Positions 39,451 to 48,673 of a DNA stretch of 64,000 bases are shown here, piece by piece. The stretch covers positions 2,252 through 66,251 of the forward strand of contig CAYLMU010000001.1 of NCBI GenBank assembly GCA_964385105.1. The letters run 5' to 3'. A program made the translations under genes and the position numbers. Below the pieces are notes generated by a model that saw only the letters and a list, made by a program, of their open reading frames with translations, did not search any database and had not been told where the DNA came from. Source of the stretch: an uncultured Candidatus Saccharibacteria bacterium (GTDB lineage Bacteria; Patescibacteriota; WWE3; UBA101185; UBA10185). Positions within the stretch are counted from its first letter, which is position 1. Every line of letters begins with the position of its first letter.

Positions 39451-39868
39451 ATGAACAACACCTTTACCTTAGACAGCGCACTTCAAGCATCCAAAAACAA
39501 CAAACTTCACGAATGGACGGTCAATTACCTTGAAAACGAAGGTAATAATAAAAAACTGGCGCAGCACCTTAATGATATTAATTATTTATATTTGTTTATG
39601 ACGGAGTACCCCCTTGACAAGCTAAAACGTGCAATGGGTCCCGAAGAAAATATGCCGTTTCGAGAAAGTGAACAAGAGTGGGAAGATCGTGTAAGCGCCT
39701 TTAGGACCAATATAAAAAAACGGTTTAGTGGTTCCGCCAATAATTGTCACCGACTTTTGGGATGAAATGCACATTTCTGACGGTACTCACAGGTTTGAAG
39801 TATTAAAAAGGTTAGGGCATGAAAAATACTGGGTAATTTTTTTTCTTAAAAGAGCAGTCGAACCTTGA
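39451..39868 (+). pseudogene. ParB/sulfiredoxin-like nuclease domain gene, frameshifted at an A7 run
   Basis: removing one A at 39714-39720 gives ...IKNGLVVPPIIVTDFWDEMHISDGTHRFEVLKRLG...VEP-stop (DGxHR motif). Confidence 0.75.
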
Positions 39869-39943
39869 CATAGTAAGTCTTACCAACTCTTAACAAAAAC
39901 ATTTCAAAATCTTTATTAAAAACTGCTAATGATTAAATAAGGT

Positions 39944-40780
39944 ATGGCAAAGTGGGGAAAAATATTAAGCAAAGGCAATGTTGAAGACCGCAGAGGGTGG
40001 GTTCCGGCTGTGGGAGGAATTAGTTTAACGGGTTTGGCATTTCTTTTGATTGTGAACTATTTAGCAGGCGGAGATGCTGGTGACGTATTGAGCAAGCTCG
40101 ACAGCGTTGTTGTACAAAATCCGCAAAATATTAATTCGCAGGAGTTTGAAGGTGAAGACAGATATGAAGTTTTTGCTTCAACGGTTTTAGGTTCAAACAA
40201 CGACATGTGGATGCAGATTTTTAGCCAGCAAAACCTAACGTACACACCTCCAACTTTGGTACTTTTTAGAACTGCTACACAATCAGCATGCGGAACGGCA
40301 ACTTCAAGTGTTGGTCCACACTATTGCCCATTAGATAAAACAATCTATTTAGATGAAACTTTTTTTGATGAACTTCAAGCGCGGTATGGCGCTGCAGGCG
40401 GGGATGTAGCTGAAGCGTATGTAATTGCACATGAAGTTGCCCACCATGCACAAAATGAACTTGGCATTTTGTCTGAAATTCATAATAATATGGCACAAAA
40501 CCCCAACCAGCAAAATGATTTATCTATAAAACTTGAACTTCAAGCAGATTGTTTTGCGGGCATGTGGGCAAATTCTATAAGGGATTTAGGTGTATTATTG
40601 CCAGGAGAGATAGGTGAAGCTATGGATGCAGCAGCAGCTGTGGGCGATGACCGAATTCAGGAATCCGTAACCGGTAGAGTTACCCCTGAAAACTGGACAC
40701 ACGGATCTTCTGAACAAAGGGTTGCGTGGTTTAATAAAGGTTTTGAAACTGGTTCTTTAAGTGAGTGTGATACTTTTTAA
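39944..40780 (+). CDS. YpfJ-like neutral zinc metallopeptidase
   Basis: NVEDRR, GPHYCP, AHEVAHH, ELQADC, THGSSEQR. Confidence 0.92.
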   Translation: MAKWGKILSKGNVEDRRGWVPAVGGISLTGLAFLLIVNYLAGGDAGDVLSKLDSVVVQNPQNINSQEFEGEDRYEVFASTVLGSNNDMWMQIFSQQNLTYTPPTLVLFRTATQSACGTATSSVGPHYCPLDKTIYLDETFFDELQARYGAAGGDVAEAYVIAHEVAHHAQNELGILSEIHNNMAQNPNQQNDLSIKLELQADCFAGMWANSIRDLGVLLPGEIGEAMDAAAAVGDDRIQESVTGRVTPENWTHGSSEQRVAWFNKGFETGSLSECDTF

Positions 40781-40828
40781 ATATAGCTATCAAAGCGGTT
40801 TAATATTCATGTGTGATATAATACATAC

Positions 40829-40949
40829 GGTTCCTTTCCATTCCTTTTTCTTTTCTTAGCAACATTCGTTGCAGTAAGCACACAACTTATGTGGCCAAAC
40901 GTTAATCGTTTGAAATGTGTAATCCGTGGAAAGTTCCGCGGATTTTTTT
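40829..40949 (+). promoter_or_regulatory. structured leader or sRNA ending in an intrinsic terminator
   Basis: TG-A-TATAAT at 40814-40822; three small hairpins; terminator 40921-40949 just before SD. Confidence 0.55.
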
Positions 40950-40970
40950 GTTTTTAAGGAGGTGAGTGTA

Positions 40971-41270
40971 ATGCAAGATAGAAAAGACTTAATAACGGGT
41001 TTGTGGAAATTCTCCGATAAAATCTCTCGTGAAGATTTAGCAAAATTTGCTGAAGAGAAACTTGCCACAGACGAAAACTATGAACAATTATATGTAAGAA
41101 AATGCAGCAAAGATCAGTATGGCATTGGTTTTGCGTATAAATACGACGGCACTAGCGAAAGCTTTGACAATTATGGCGACGAAACAAAGGATATGTTATA
41201 CAAGAATTTCGGTGCTGCGCTGGTAGGCTGGGATTTAGGAAGTTCGACAATAACGGTTAAGGGTTTCTAA
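40971..41270 (+). CDS. hypothetical 99-aa soluble protein
   Basis: SD AAGGAGGTGA 5 nt before ATG 40971; hairpin after stop. Confidence 0.8.
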   Translation: MQDRKDLITGLWKFSDKISREDLAKFAEEKLATDENYEQLYVRKCSKDQYGIGFAYKYDGTSESFDNYGDETKDMLYKNFGAALVGWDLGSSTITVKGF

Positions 41271-41271
41271 C

Positions 41272-41296
41272 TTCAGGTGGAAAGGAACCACCTGAA
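41272..41296 (+). terminator. 3' hairpin of the 40971 gene
   Basis: TTCAGGTGG-AAAGGAA-CCACCTGAA perfect 9-bp stem. Confidence 0.7.
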
Positions 41297-41353
41297 TATT
41301 TTCATATGCTTTCATATGGCAATACAAATTGTAGTATGTTAACTTAAATCCAT

Positions 41354-41656
41354 ATGGCTAACCCCACGAATTCCCAAATTTTAAAAAGAGTGGATAAAAA
41401 TACAATAAAAATAGAAAAGATGTCGGCTGATATCGAAAAAATTAAAATTCAAATCTCTAACATTCACTTAAAACTCTTTGAACACGATAGAAGATTTGAA
41501 ATTCTTGAAGAACGTACTGCACTAATACCAAAACTATATGACAACGTCGATAAAATATTAAAGGAATTAATCGAGGGTCGACAAGAACGCATGATTACGA
41601 TGCATAAGCTGAATAACCATGAAGATAGAATCATCTATTTAGAAAATAGAGCTTAG
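41354..41656 (+). CDS. coiled-coil hypothetical protein
   Basis: heptad pattern, HEDRI..LE C-terminus. Confidence 0.7.
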   Translation: MANPTNSQILKRVDKNTIKIEKMSADIEKIKIQISNIHLKLFEHDRRFEILEERTALIPKLYDNVDKILKELIEGRQERMITMHKLNNHEDRIIYLENRA

Positions 41657-41720
41657 TAAAAACTTTTAAAACCCGCTTTTATATTGCAGCCCACATACGG
41701 GCATGTTACCTTAAATACGC

Positions 41721-42422
41721 ATGCATAAACCAAGGACTAAAATAATTGCCACAATTGGTCCGGCAACTTTAAAATTTGCAGTTTTCCAAAAGCTTGTTGA
41801 CTCGGGTATTGATTTTATAAGAATTAATACTTCATATGGTAATGAGCATCAGTATAATCAGATATTAAAAAATTTAAGATACAGCGCAAACTCTTCACAT
41901 ATTGAGCCTATTTTAGACGTAAAAAATTTAGACATTTTAGACTACGCAATAAAAAATAATATTAAATACATTGCTTTATCTTTTGTTGAAAGTGCCGACC
42001 AAATTAAAAAGGTAAGAGAAAAAATGCCCGAATCCTTTGTTATTTCAAAAATAGAATCTGTTGGAGGGGTTGATAATTTTACTGAAATTTTAGATGCTTC
42101 AAATGGGATTATGGTTGCAAGAGGCGATTTGGGAGTTGCAGTCAGTTTAGAAAAAGTTCCGCCATTACAAAAATATTTTACAAAGTTAACAATCGAGAAA
42201 AATAAATTTTTGGTGGCAGCAACAGAAATGCTCTTGTCGATGGTAAATAACCCAACCCCTACCCGTGCCGAAGCTTCAGATGTGGCAAATGCAGTTTTTG
42301 ACGGCTCGTCCGCAGTAATGTTGTCTGAAGAAACTGCCATAGGAAAACATCCTGTTGAAACAGTGCAAATCATGAAAAAAATAATTGTTGAAGCAGAAAA
42401 ATATAACGGTAAACTTACTTAG
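41721..42422 (+). CDS. pyk: pyruvate kinase, barrel domain only
   Basis: RTKIIATIGP, ALSFV, SKIE, MVARGDLG, PTRAEASDVANA, MLSEETA. Confidence 0.88.
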   Translation: MHKPRTKIIATIGPATLKFAVFQKLVDSGIDFIRINTSYGNEHQYNQILKNLRYSANSSHIEPILDVKNLDILDYAIKNNIKYIALSFVESADQIKKVREKMPESFVISKIESVGGVDNFTEILDASNGIMVARGDLGVAVSLEKVPPLQKYFTKLTIEKNKFLVAATEMLLSMVNNPTPTRAEASDVANAVFDGSSAVMLSEETAIGKHPVETVQIMKKIIVEAEKYNGKLT

Positions 42423-42750
42423 CCAAAGGTGACAAAAACGAACTAATTAGAGATAACAAAATACTAAACAAAAATGCATTTAACAAAGTGCCCGTATTAA
42501 ACCCAACTACCAAATAATCAACAAGCAACACCATAGCAGTATTAATAACTAAAGCAAAAAGTCCAAAAGTCACTAAGGTAATGGGAAACGTTAATATTGT
42601 AAGTACAGGCCTAACAAATGCATTTAAAGCCCCCAGTACAATTGCTACTATCACTACTGTTTCTATGCTTGACACTTCAACTCCCGGTAATAAGTATGAA
42701 GCTACATAAACAGAAATTGCGCCCACCAATATGTTTAAGATTAATTTCAT
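42415..42750 (-). CDS. YvlD/phage holin family 4 membrane protein
   Basis: LNAFVRPVLTILTFPITLVTFGLF. Confidence 0.88.
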   Translation of the reverse strand: MKLILNILVGAISVYVASYLLPGVEVSSIETVVIVAIVLGALNAFVRPVLTILTFPITLVTFGLFALVINTAMVLLVDYLVVGFNTGTLLNAFLFSILLSLISSFLSPLAK

Positions 42751-42794
42751 ATACAAATACAATACCATATTTTTAAAGATGTTATAATCAATTT

Positions 42795-43364
42795 ATGTTT
42801 AATGCACTGATTTCTTCAAGTTTGAAGGATCCGTCAAATATTAAATTTGATGGCGAAGACTCGGACGAGCGGATTTTATATGCTTTTAGGCGTGCTCTAA
42901 TCACAAACTTTGATTGGCTTTTTGTTTCTGTTTTGCTTGTATTAACACCTATTGTTGCACAAACTATCCTTTCTTTGGCAAGTCCGGATGCGTTGGCAGA
43001 GGTTCCGACTTCTTTTATATTGGTTTTAATGGCATTTTGGTATTTGTTCACTGCAGGATTCATTTTTCAAAACTTTTTAAACTGGTATTTCAATGTTTAC
43101 ATAATTACAAACAAAAGAATTGTAGACATAGATTTTGTTGGACTTTTATATAAAAATGTGTCGGAAGCACCCCTCAGAAGCGTTGAAGATGTAACTTCTA
43201 ACATTGGGGGTACAACCAGAGTTATCTTTAATTATGGTTCTGTGTTAATTCAAACTGCCGCCGAAAAGCGCGAATTTGAATTTACCGACGTTGCCAATCC
43301 GTCAAAGGTACGTGATATATTATCTGACATTGTTACTCAAATTAAAAACGGGCATAAACTATGA
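42795..43364 (+). CDS. membrane protein with bacterial PH (bPH_2) domain
   Basis: 2 TM then YIITNKRIVD, FNYGSVLIQTA. Confidence 0.85.
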   Translation: MFNALISSSLKDPSNIKFDGEDSDERILYAFRRALITNFDWLFVSVLLVLTPIVAQTILSLASPDALAEVPTSFILVLMAFWYLFTAGFIFQNFLNWYFNVYIITNKRIVDIDFVGLLYKNVSEAPLRSVEDVTSNIGGTTRVIFNYGSVLIQTAAEKREFEFTDVANPSKVRDILSDIVTQIKNGHKL

Positions 43365-43597
43365 CAGAAGATTTAGTAATAAACTTATTTTCAATATCAG
43401 GGTTTGTGCAAATGTTAAGTTTTCTTATTGTACTAGGAGCAGGTGTATATGTTTTAATTGCCTTTATTATTATTAGAGAAGTAGGTCTTATGAACAATAG
43501 TTTTTCAACACCTCTTGCTCCGTTGTTTAAGTTTGTTGCGTATACACATTTTTTGTTATCTGTTATAGTATTGCTGATTTCAATACTGGCAATTTAA
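43361..43597 (+). CDS. small 2-TM protein (DUF5657-like)
   Basis: ATGA overlap; F..IIIREV.LMN pattern. Confidence 0.65.
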   Translation: MTEDLVINLFSISGFVQMLSFLIVLGAGVYVLIAFIIIREVGLMNNSFSTPLAPLFKFVAYTHFLLSVIVLLISILAI

Positions 43598-43598
43598 T

Positions 43599-45368
43599 AT
43601 GAATAAACAACTGACTGCCAAAATTCAAAAAATAAATCCCAAGCTTCCTGATGAAGCAAAAAATATTGCGCGCGCGATTGTTATTGAACCCGACGATGAG
43701 ATTATGCTTGAAAAAAAGGGCACACTTTATACGGTTTTTGACGTTTCTTCAAAAAAATCCGTTGATAACCTTTTGGTCTCAAAAATAGTAAATGATGTTT
43801 TACACGACTCATACTTTCAGGCTGAAAGCACATCCCCGATTCAATCGATTGAAAAATCCATACTTAAATTAAGAGATAATATGGTAGAACTCACAAAAAC
43901 TGGGGATGCACTTGATTCTGACATGAGTTTTAACATTGCTACTGCAGTGTTGTGGGGAAATACGCTTTACCTTGTTCAATATGGAAGCACTGCTGTTTAT
44001 CTCATGCGTGACGGAACTACCAAACCCATTGATTCTGCAACTGAAGGTAGTTTTGCAGTAGCTTCTGGTGTAATTAAAGACAATGACGTGGTGATTTTGG
44101 CAACAGAAAATTTTAGCGAGAAATATCCTCCTGAGAAGCTGGTGGGTATTTCAGGCATAGGTATTGACGAGCTTGATGAACTTGAATCAAGCATGATTTT
44201 AAAGTTCAACATCAAAAAAGAGTTCTCAGAAGATGAGGTATTGGACTTTGGTCATAAAGTTCAAAACACTATGTCTATTGCCGAAGATGAACCTGTACCT
44301 TCACGGAGGCCGCATAGGTTAAAAAGCTCAAAGCCAAATATTAATCTAAAAGAAAAACCTAAATGGATTATAGCTGTATTTGCACTTTTTATACTTTTAG
44401 TGCTTTTTGTGATTGGGTCAAGGTTATTAGATAACAACGGTGAAAACACCGAAGCGGCACAAGAATCAAACGCTTTATCGATAACAGAAACACAACCTCA
44501 ACCTGCTGCAACTGAAACCACTCCTGTTATAGATATAGAGCAAGATCGAGCAAATAAGATTACCCGCATCACACCAGAAGTTTTTTATGATTTAAAACTT
44601 GCCGATACTAGCGTAAATGTAGATGATATTGAAGTTACTGATTTGGTTATTGTTGCAAGTGACAATGCAACCGGCAATTTATATGTTTCAGACATTAAAA
44701 CTCCAAAATTTGCCGTAATTCCCGACCAAACATATTCTCAAATTCACGATTTAATAAAATATGAAGAAGCAATCGGATTTTTTGATTCAGAAGGATTTAA
44801 GGTTTATGACCCTATAAATCAAGAGGTCACAAATTCATACAGTGCCGCCGGTATAGGGCCATCAACAACATATTTGGATTTTGTTTATGCTATAGCTGAT
44901 GGTGCCATTACTAAATATACGAAGGGCGAAGGTGCATTATCCGGAGAAGTGTGGGCCAAAAACACCACTACGCCAAAAATTAAGGACATGGGTATTGATC
45001 AAAGAATTTATGCCATAACCGACGATAATCAACTTGTAAGATTCACAACCGGAGAACTTGATAACTTTGAAGTCAGCGGCCTTGACAAGCCATTAAATAA
45101 TCCTAAAAAAATTGTTGTAGATATAGACCTTGAAAACATTTACATTGTAGACGCAGGAAATAACCGTATACTTATTCTTGATAAACAAGGCGTATTGCTC
45201 AGGCAGCTTAAACTTGAAAACGAGACTGACTGGGGAGATTTAAAAAGTATAGCAATAAACTACAACGAAACTATGGCATATGTTGTAAACGGAACAAAGG
45301 TATACGAAGTTGATTTGACAGTACAAAATCCTGAAGATGCAGAAGAAACCGACACTCTTACCGAATAA
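43599..45368 (+). CDS. PP2C-like N-domain, TM, beta-propeller protein
   Basis: LYLVQYGSTAVYLMRDG, SG.IKDNDVVILAT; central TM; NHL-like IYIVDAGNNRI. Confidence 0.65.
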   Translation: MNKQLTAKIQKINPKLPDEAKNIARAIVIEPDDEIMLEKKGTLYTVFDVSSKKSVDNLLVSKIVNDVLHDSYFQAESTSPIQSIEKSILKLRDNMVELTKTGDALDSDMSFNIATAVLWGNTLYLVQYGSTAVYLMRDGTTKPIDSATEGSFAVASGVIKDNDVVILATENFSEKYPPEKLVGISGIGIDELDELESSMILKFNIKKEFSEDEVLDFGHKVQNTMSIAEDEPVPSRRPHRLKSSKPNINLKEKPKWIIAVFALFILLVLFVIGSRLLDNNGENTEAAQESNALSITETQPQPAATETTPVIDIEQDRANKITRITPEVFYDLKLADTSVNVDDIEVTDLVIVASDNATGNLYVSDIKTPKFAVIPDQTYSQIHDLIKYEEAIGFFDSEGFKVYDPINQEVTNSYSAAGIGPSTTYLDFVYAIADGAITKYTKGEGALSGEVWAKNTTTPKIKDMGIDQRIYAITDDNQLVRFTTGELDNFEVSGLDKPLNNPKKIVVDIDLENIYIVDAGNNRILILDKQGVLLRQLKLENETDWGDLKSIAINYNETMAYVVNGTKVYEVDLTVQNPEDAEETDTLTE

Positions 45369-45422
45369 AAAAATAAAGCGACTTTTTACTTAAAAACCCG
45401 TATATTCTGCTATTATAAGCAC

Positions 45423-45887
45423 ATGCTTCTGGTAAAAAATAAAAAAGCTACGCACGAATATGAAATCATTGAAAAATTTATGGCAGGTATAGCACTTAAA
45501 GGTTACGAGGTAAAAGCAATTCGTGAAGGCAAAGTGGGCTTTGATGGTTCATACATAAAAATGTTACAAGGAAGGCCATACGTGGTTGGAATGACAATTG
45601 GAAGATACTCCAAACAAAGCCAAGACGTCGACAAACTCGATACGGACAGAAGCAGAGCTTTGTTAATGACCAAAAAAGAAATTGAAAAACTGCAACGCGA
45701 ACTAAATCAAAAAGGAAAAACAGCAATACCCCTGGCTTTGGTACTTAGAAACAATATGGTAAAATTGGAATCTGCAATAGTAAAAGGACGAACAAAATAC
45801 GAAAAAAAGGTTGTAGCAAAAGAAAAACAAATAAAAAAGGACCTTGAAAAATTTAATAGCGAAATACGAAGATCAACAGGATTTTAA
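45423..45887 (+). CDS. smpB: SsrA-binding protein
   Basis: NKKATHEY, AGIALKGYEVK, adjacent to tmRNA. Confidence 0.95.
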   Translation: MLLVKNKKATHEYEIIEKFMAGIALKGYEVKAIREGKVGFDGSYIKMLQGRPYVVGMTIGRYSKQSQDVDKLDTDRSRALLMTKKEIEKLQRELNQKGKTAIPLALVLRNNMVKLESAIVKGRTKYEKKVVAKEKQIKKDLEKFNSEIRRSTGF

Positions 45888-45910
45888 GCGTACATAGCGC
45901 AATTAAACAT

Positions 45911-46305
45911 GGGGATGATCGGCTTTGACTGAATGATCTATGTATGAGGGCAAGCCAAGTTGTTGGAACTTGTAAAAACCAGCAAAACTTAAGTGCAAAC
46001 TCAAACGCACGAGCAGCAAAACCGGCTTTAGCTGGCGTTGCAGCTTAATTAAGCTCAATTAACGAAGCTTAGGTTCTTTATCTTTTACCCGGAAAAGATA
46101 CAAGAATCTCATAAAACCGGGTTGAGGTAATATTACATTGACCATGCGATATTACCGAGAGTATAAAACTCAAACCTTATGGTCTTAAGAAACTCTTATA
46201 GTAATTCGGCAGCTTTGGGTTTCTGACATTAAATGCTGAATAAGCTTGTATACCTTTATATTTTAGGCATTCAACACACGGGTTCGATTCCCGTCATCTC
46301 CACCA
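45911..46305 (+). ncRNA. ssrA: tmRNA; tag ANSNARAAKPALAGVAA at 45995-46048
   Basis: GGGGATG 5' end pairs with CATCTCC-ACCA (G3.U); T-arm GGGTTCGATTCCC; resume codon GCA; downstream of smpB. Confidence 0.95.
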
Positions 46306-46415
46306 ATGAACTATTTTGATTTACTAAAACCATGCAAAACCTGAACAATCTAGTGGGAGACTTGTCGCGGGTCTATTTTTTGAATGTAGCAAAAGAATAT
46401 ACACCAAATAATTTA

Positions 46416-46718
46416 TTAGTATCCAAATTCCATGCCAAACTGTCCGTCTGGCTTTACATTAATAAGTACACTCTTCAATTCGCCTTTTTCTTCACTCGTG
46501 TGCAATTGTTTGAGCTGTAACAACTCCGGAAGTCCTCCAGGAGCCCCAAAGCTTACAGCTTCTCCATTAACTAAAGCATCTGCTTTAACATTAATCACTC
46601 CAGGTGTTGAGTAGTCAACATTTACATTTATGTTTTCCCAACCCTGCGGTGCAGTTGATATAACTTTTCTAATATAAGGTTCAACTATTTGTTGAAAATC
46701 ATCAAAATTATTATTCAT
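46416..46718 (-). CDS. small protein resembling YezG/DUF600-type immunity proteins
   Basis: P.GW...; C-terminal INVKPDGQFGMEFGY; TG-C-TACAAT 6 nt before ATG. Confidence 0.55.
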   Translation of the reverse strand: MNNNFDDFQQIVEPYIRKVISTAPQGWENINVNVDYSTPGVINVKADALVNGEAVSFGAPGGLPELLQLKQLHTSEEKGELKSVLINVKPDGQFGMEFGY

Positions 46719-46737
46719 ATAAAAATTGTAGCATACT

Positions 46738-47946
46738 TCAAACCCCATTATTCACTCGACCACTACTACAGCTACCTAATAACAAATAAAATCCAAAACC
46801 TAACAAAACTAACGTGAGCATCCATTGCAAGGAATATAAAGCCAGCCACGGCACTAAAAAAACCATAATAAAAATTAATGTTTCGGCCGCCACATAATTT
46901 TTCACTACACACGTACGCGACCACAAGAATAAAGGAATCAGATAAACTAAAAGGTCCGTGTTCATTGTGTGCAAATTTAAAATTGGCGTAAAAAAGACTG
47001 CAATAGAAAATAAGTGTGAAATATTTGTGTTTATGTTTAATTTATTCAATCGCTTAGTCACATATAAGTAAATCGGGGTAATTAAAAGCATTGAAGCTGT
47101 TTTTGCGTGTGAATTTGATTGCGTAAAGAAACTCATTACAGAAACTAAATTAAAGTTAAACTTAATACTGGTGCCATAATTTGACGAATCGGTAAAAAAT
47201 AAAAGACTTATATAGTCAGGTAAAAAATCCCAGCCGTAAAGAAGAGAATTCACCACACACATAAATAAAACGCTTAAAGCCGCCCCAAAAATAAAAGATT
47301 TTCTGGATTTTATGTTATGGATGCTAAAAGCTAATAGCAGGGCAATGAGCAAAAATTGCGGCTTTATAAATAAAAACCCAATAAGTACCCCTGAAATGAA
47401 ATAATTACCTTTTTTTAAAAATACATAAGATAGGGTCAACAAAAATAATATGACGCCGGCTGGCTGACCGCCTATTAGTGTGTGCCAAAATGAAAAATGC
47501 CATGGAATCAAAACAATATATAATCCGGCAATGCGATAATCCAAATTTGTATTCATTAATAAAAGCACAAGGGAAATTGCTATGAGAAAAGTATTTACAC
47601 TTACTACTGCCCAAAAAGCGCTTGTCATTGATAGATTGGCGAGGGGGGCATAAAAGTATGCAGTCACAGGTGGATTAATAAACGCAAGAACCCCATTAAG
47701 TGAAACAGGTTCAAGTAATTGATTTTGCACAGCTGTCTGGTGTGTAAGATCGTATAGATTAGAAATATTCCCTGAAGCGGCAATATTACCTCCTACCAAA
47801 AAAGCTATAAAATCAGTTGTTCCGTTTAGTTTTTTATAATCAGAATATGGTGAGGCCAAACCCAAGGCGAACCCGAGTGACAAGGCAGCTAAACTTACCC
47901 ATAAATACACCCAAATTGCCTTTTGAGTCATTATAAATTTTCTCAT
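46738..47946 (-). CDS. GT87/DUF2029 membrane glycosyltransferase
   Basis: DFIAF, FINPP, GQ, IKPQF. Confidence 0.85.
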   Translation of the reverse strand: MRKFIMTQKAIWVYLWVSLAALSLGFALGLASPYSDYKKLNGTTDFIAFLVGGNIAASGNISNLYDLTHQTAVQNQLLEPVSLNGVLAFINPPVTAYFYAPLANLSMTSAFWAVVSVNTFLIAISLVLLLMNTNLDYRIAGLYIVLIPWHFSFWHTLIGGQPAGVILFLLTLSYVFLKKGNYFISGVLIGFLFIKPQFLLIALLLAFSIHNIKSRKSFIFGAALSVLFMCVVNSLLYGWDFLPDYISLLFFTDSSNYGTSIKFNFNLVSVMSFFTQSNSHAKTASMLLITPIYLYVTKRLNKLNINTNISHLFSIAVFFTPILNLHTMNTDLLVYLIPLFLWSRTCVVKNYVAAETLIFIMVFLVPWLALYSLQWMLTLVLLGFGFYLLLGSCSSGRVNNGV

Positions 47947-48057
47947 TACTCAAGTTTAAATTAGATTTTATTTTTTGGGTAATAAACATTAAGCCGGAGA
48001 CCTGCTCCGACTTAATTTAGTGGTAATACCATTTCTCGTGAGTCTGACGACGTGACT

Positions 48058-48360
48058 TTAAACAATTTCTTCAAGGTTTTCTTTTGCTTTATCTCGTTCT
48101 CTTTTAGCTTTTGTTTTCATTTCGTTAAGTCTTTTTGAAGCTTTATCCATAGCCTCTATTCTTTTTTCGTCTGCTACTTCTTTTACTTCAGTTGCCTTGG
48201 TGTCTACATTATTTTTGATTTCTTCAGCTTTCTGCTTAACTTTCTCACGATTTTCTCTATTTGATAAGTAGGTGGCTGCTGCTCCAACTACTGCACCTAC
48301 TATAGCGGCCTTCACTACTCCATTACCGTTTTGTGCTTTATGTTCTTTATTGTGAGCCAT
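48058..48360 (-). CDS. YtxH-like general stress protein
   Basis: GAVVGAAATYL then Lys/Glu coiled coil; SD GGAGGTGA. Confidence 0.8.
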   Translation of the reverse strand: MAHNKEHKAQNGNGVVKAAIVGAVVGAAATYLSNRENREKVKQKAEEIKNNVDTKATEVKEVADEKRIEAMDKASKRLNEMKTKAKRERDKAKENLEEIV

Positions 48361-48376
48361 CTAACTTCACCTCCAA

Positions 48377-48604
48377 TCAAACTTTAAGTAATTTGGTTAT
48401 TATGCTAAATGCGCCGTATGACACGCCGTTTTTTATGGTTTTTACCATTTTGGCCGTATCGTCAATAACTTCCATGCTATTCTCAAGCGAATCAATTAAC
48501 AAAGTCAATTTCTCATTAACATTTATTACAAAATACCAAACTGCTCCTACCAACAATAATGATGCCAGTGACAGTGAAAAATATAATACATCCAAAGAAT
48601 TCAT
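48377..48604 (-). CDS. YtxG/DUF948-like small membrane protein
   Basis: N-terminal TM plus heptads; directly upstream of ytxH-like gene. Confidence 0.65.
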   Translation of the reverse strand: MNSLDVLYFSLSLASLLLVGAVWYFVINVNEKLTLLIDSLENSMEVIDDTAKMVKTIKNGVSYGAFSIITKLLKV

Positions 48605-48610
48605 GAATTT

Positions 48611-48664
48611 ATAATAGTTTCTTTGGTTTAGAGTTCAATGAAAAAAGTGTAAGAATAGTGTTAG
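48611..48664 (-). promoter_or_regulatory. direct-repeat regulator box plus -10 (site C)
   Basis: minus strand CTAACA-N5-CTTACA-N31-TATTAT-N6-ATG. Confidence 0.6.
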
Positions 48665-48673
48665 GTAATTGGC

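Noticed and set aside
42415-42750. Holin as evidence of a prophage
   Set aside because: YvlD-type family 4 proteins are common chromosomal membrane proteins, and no phage genes are nearby.
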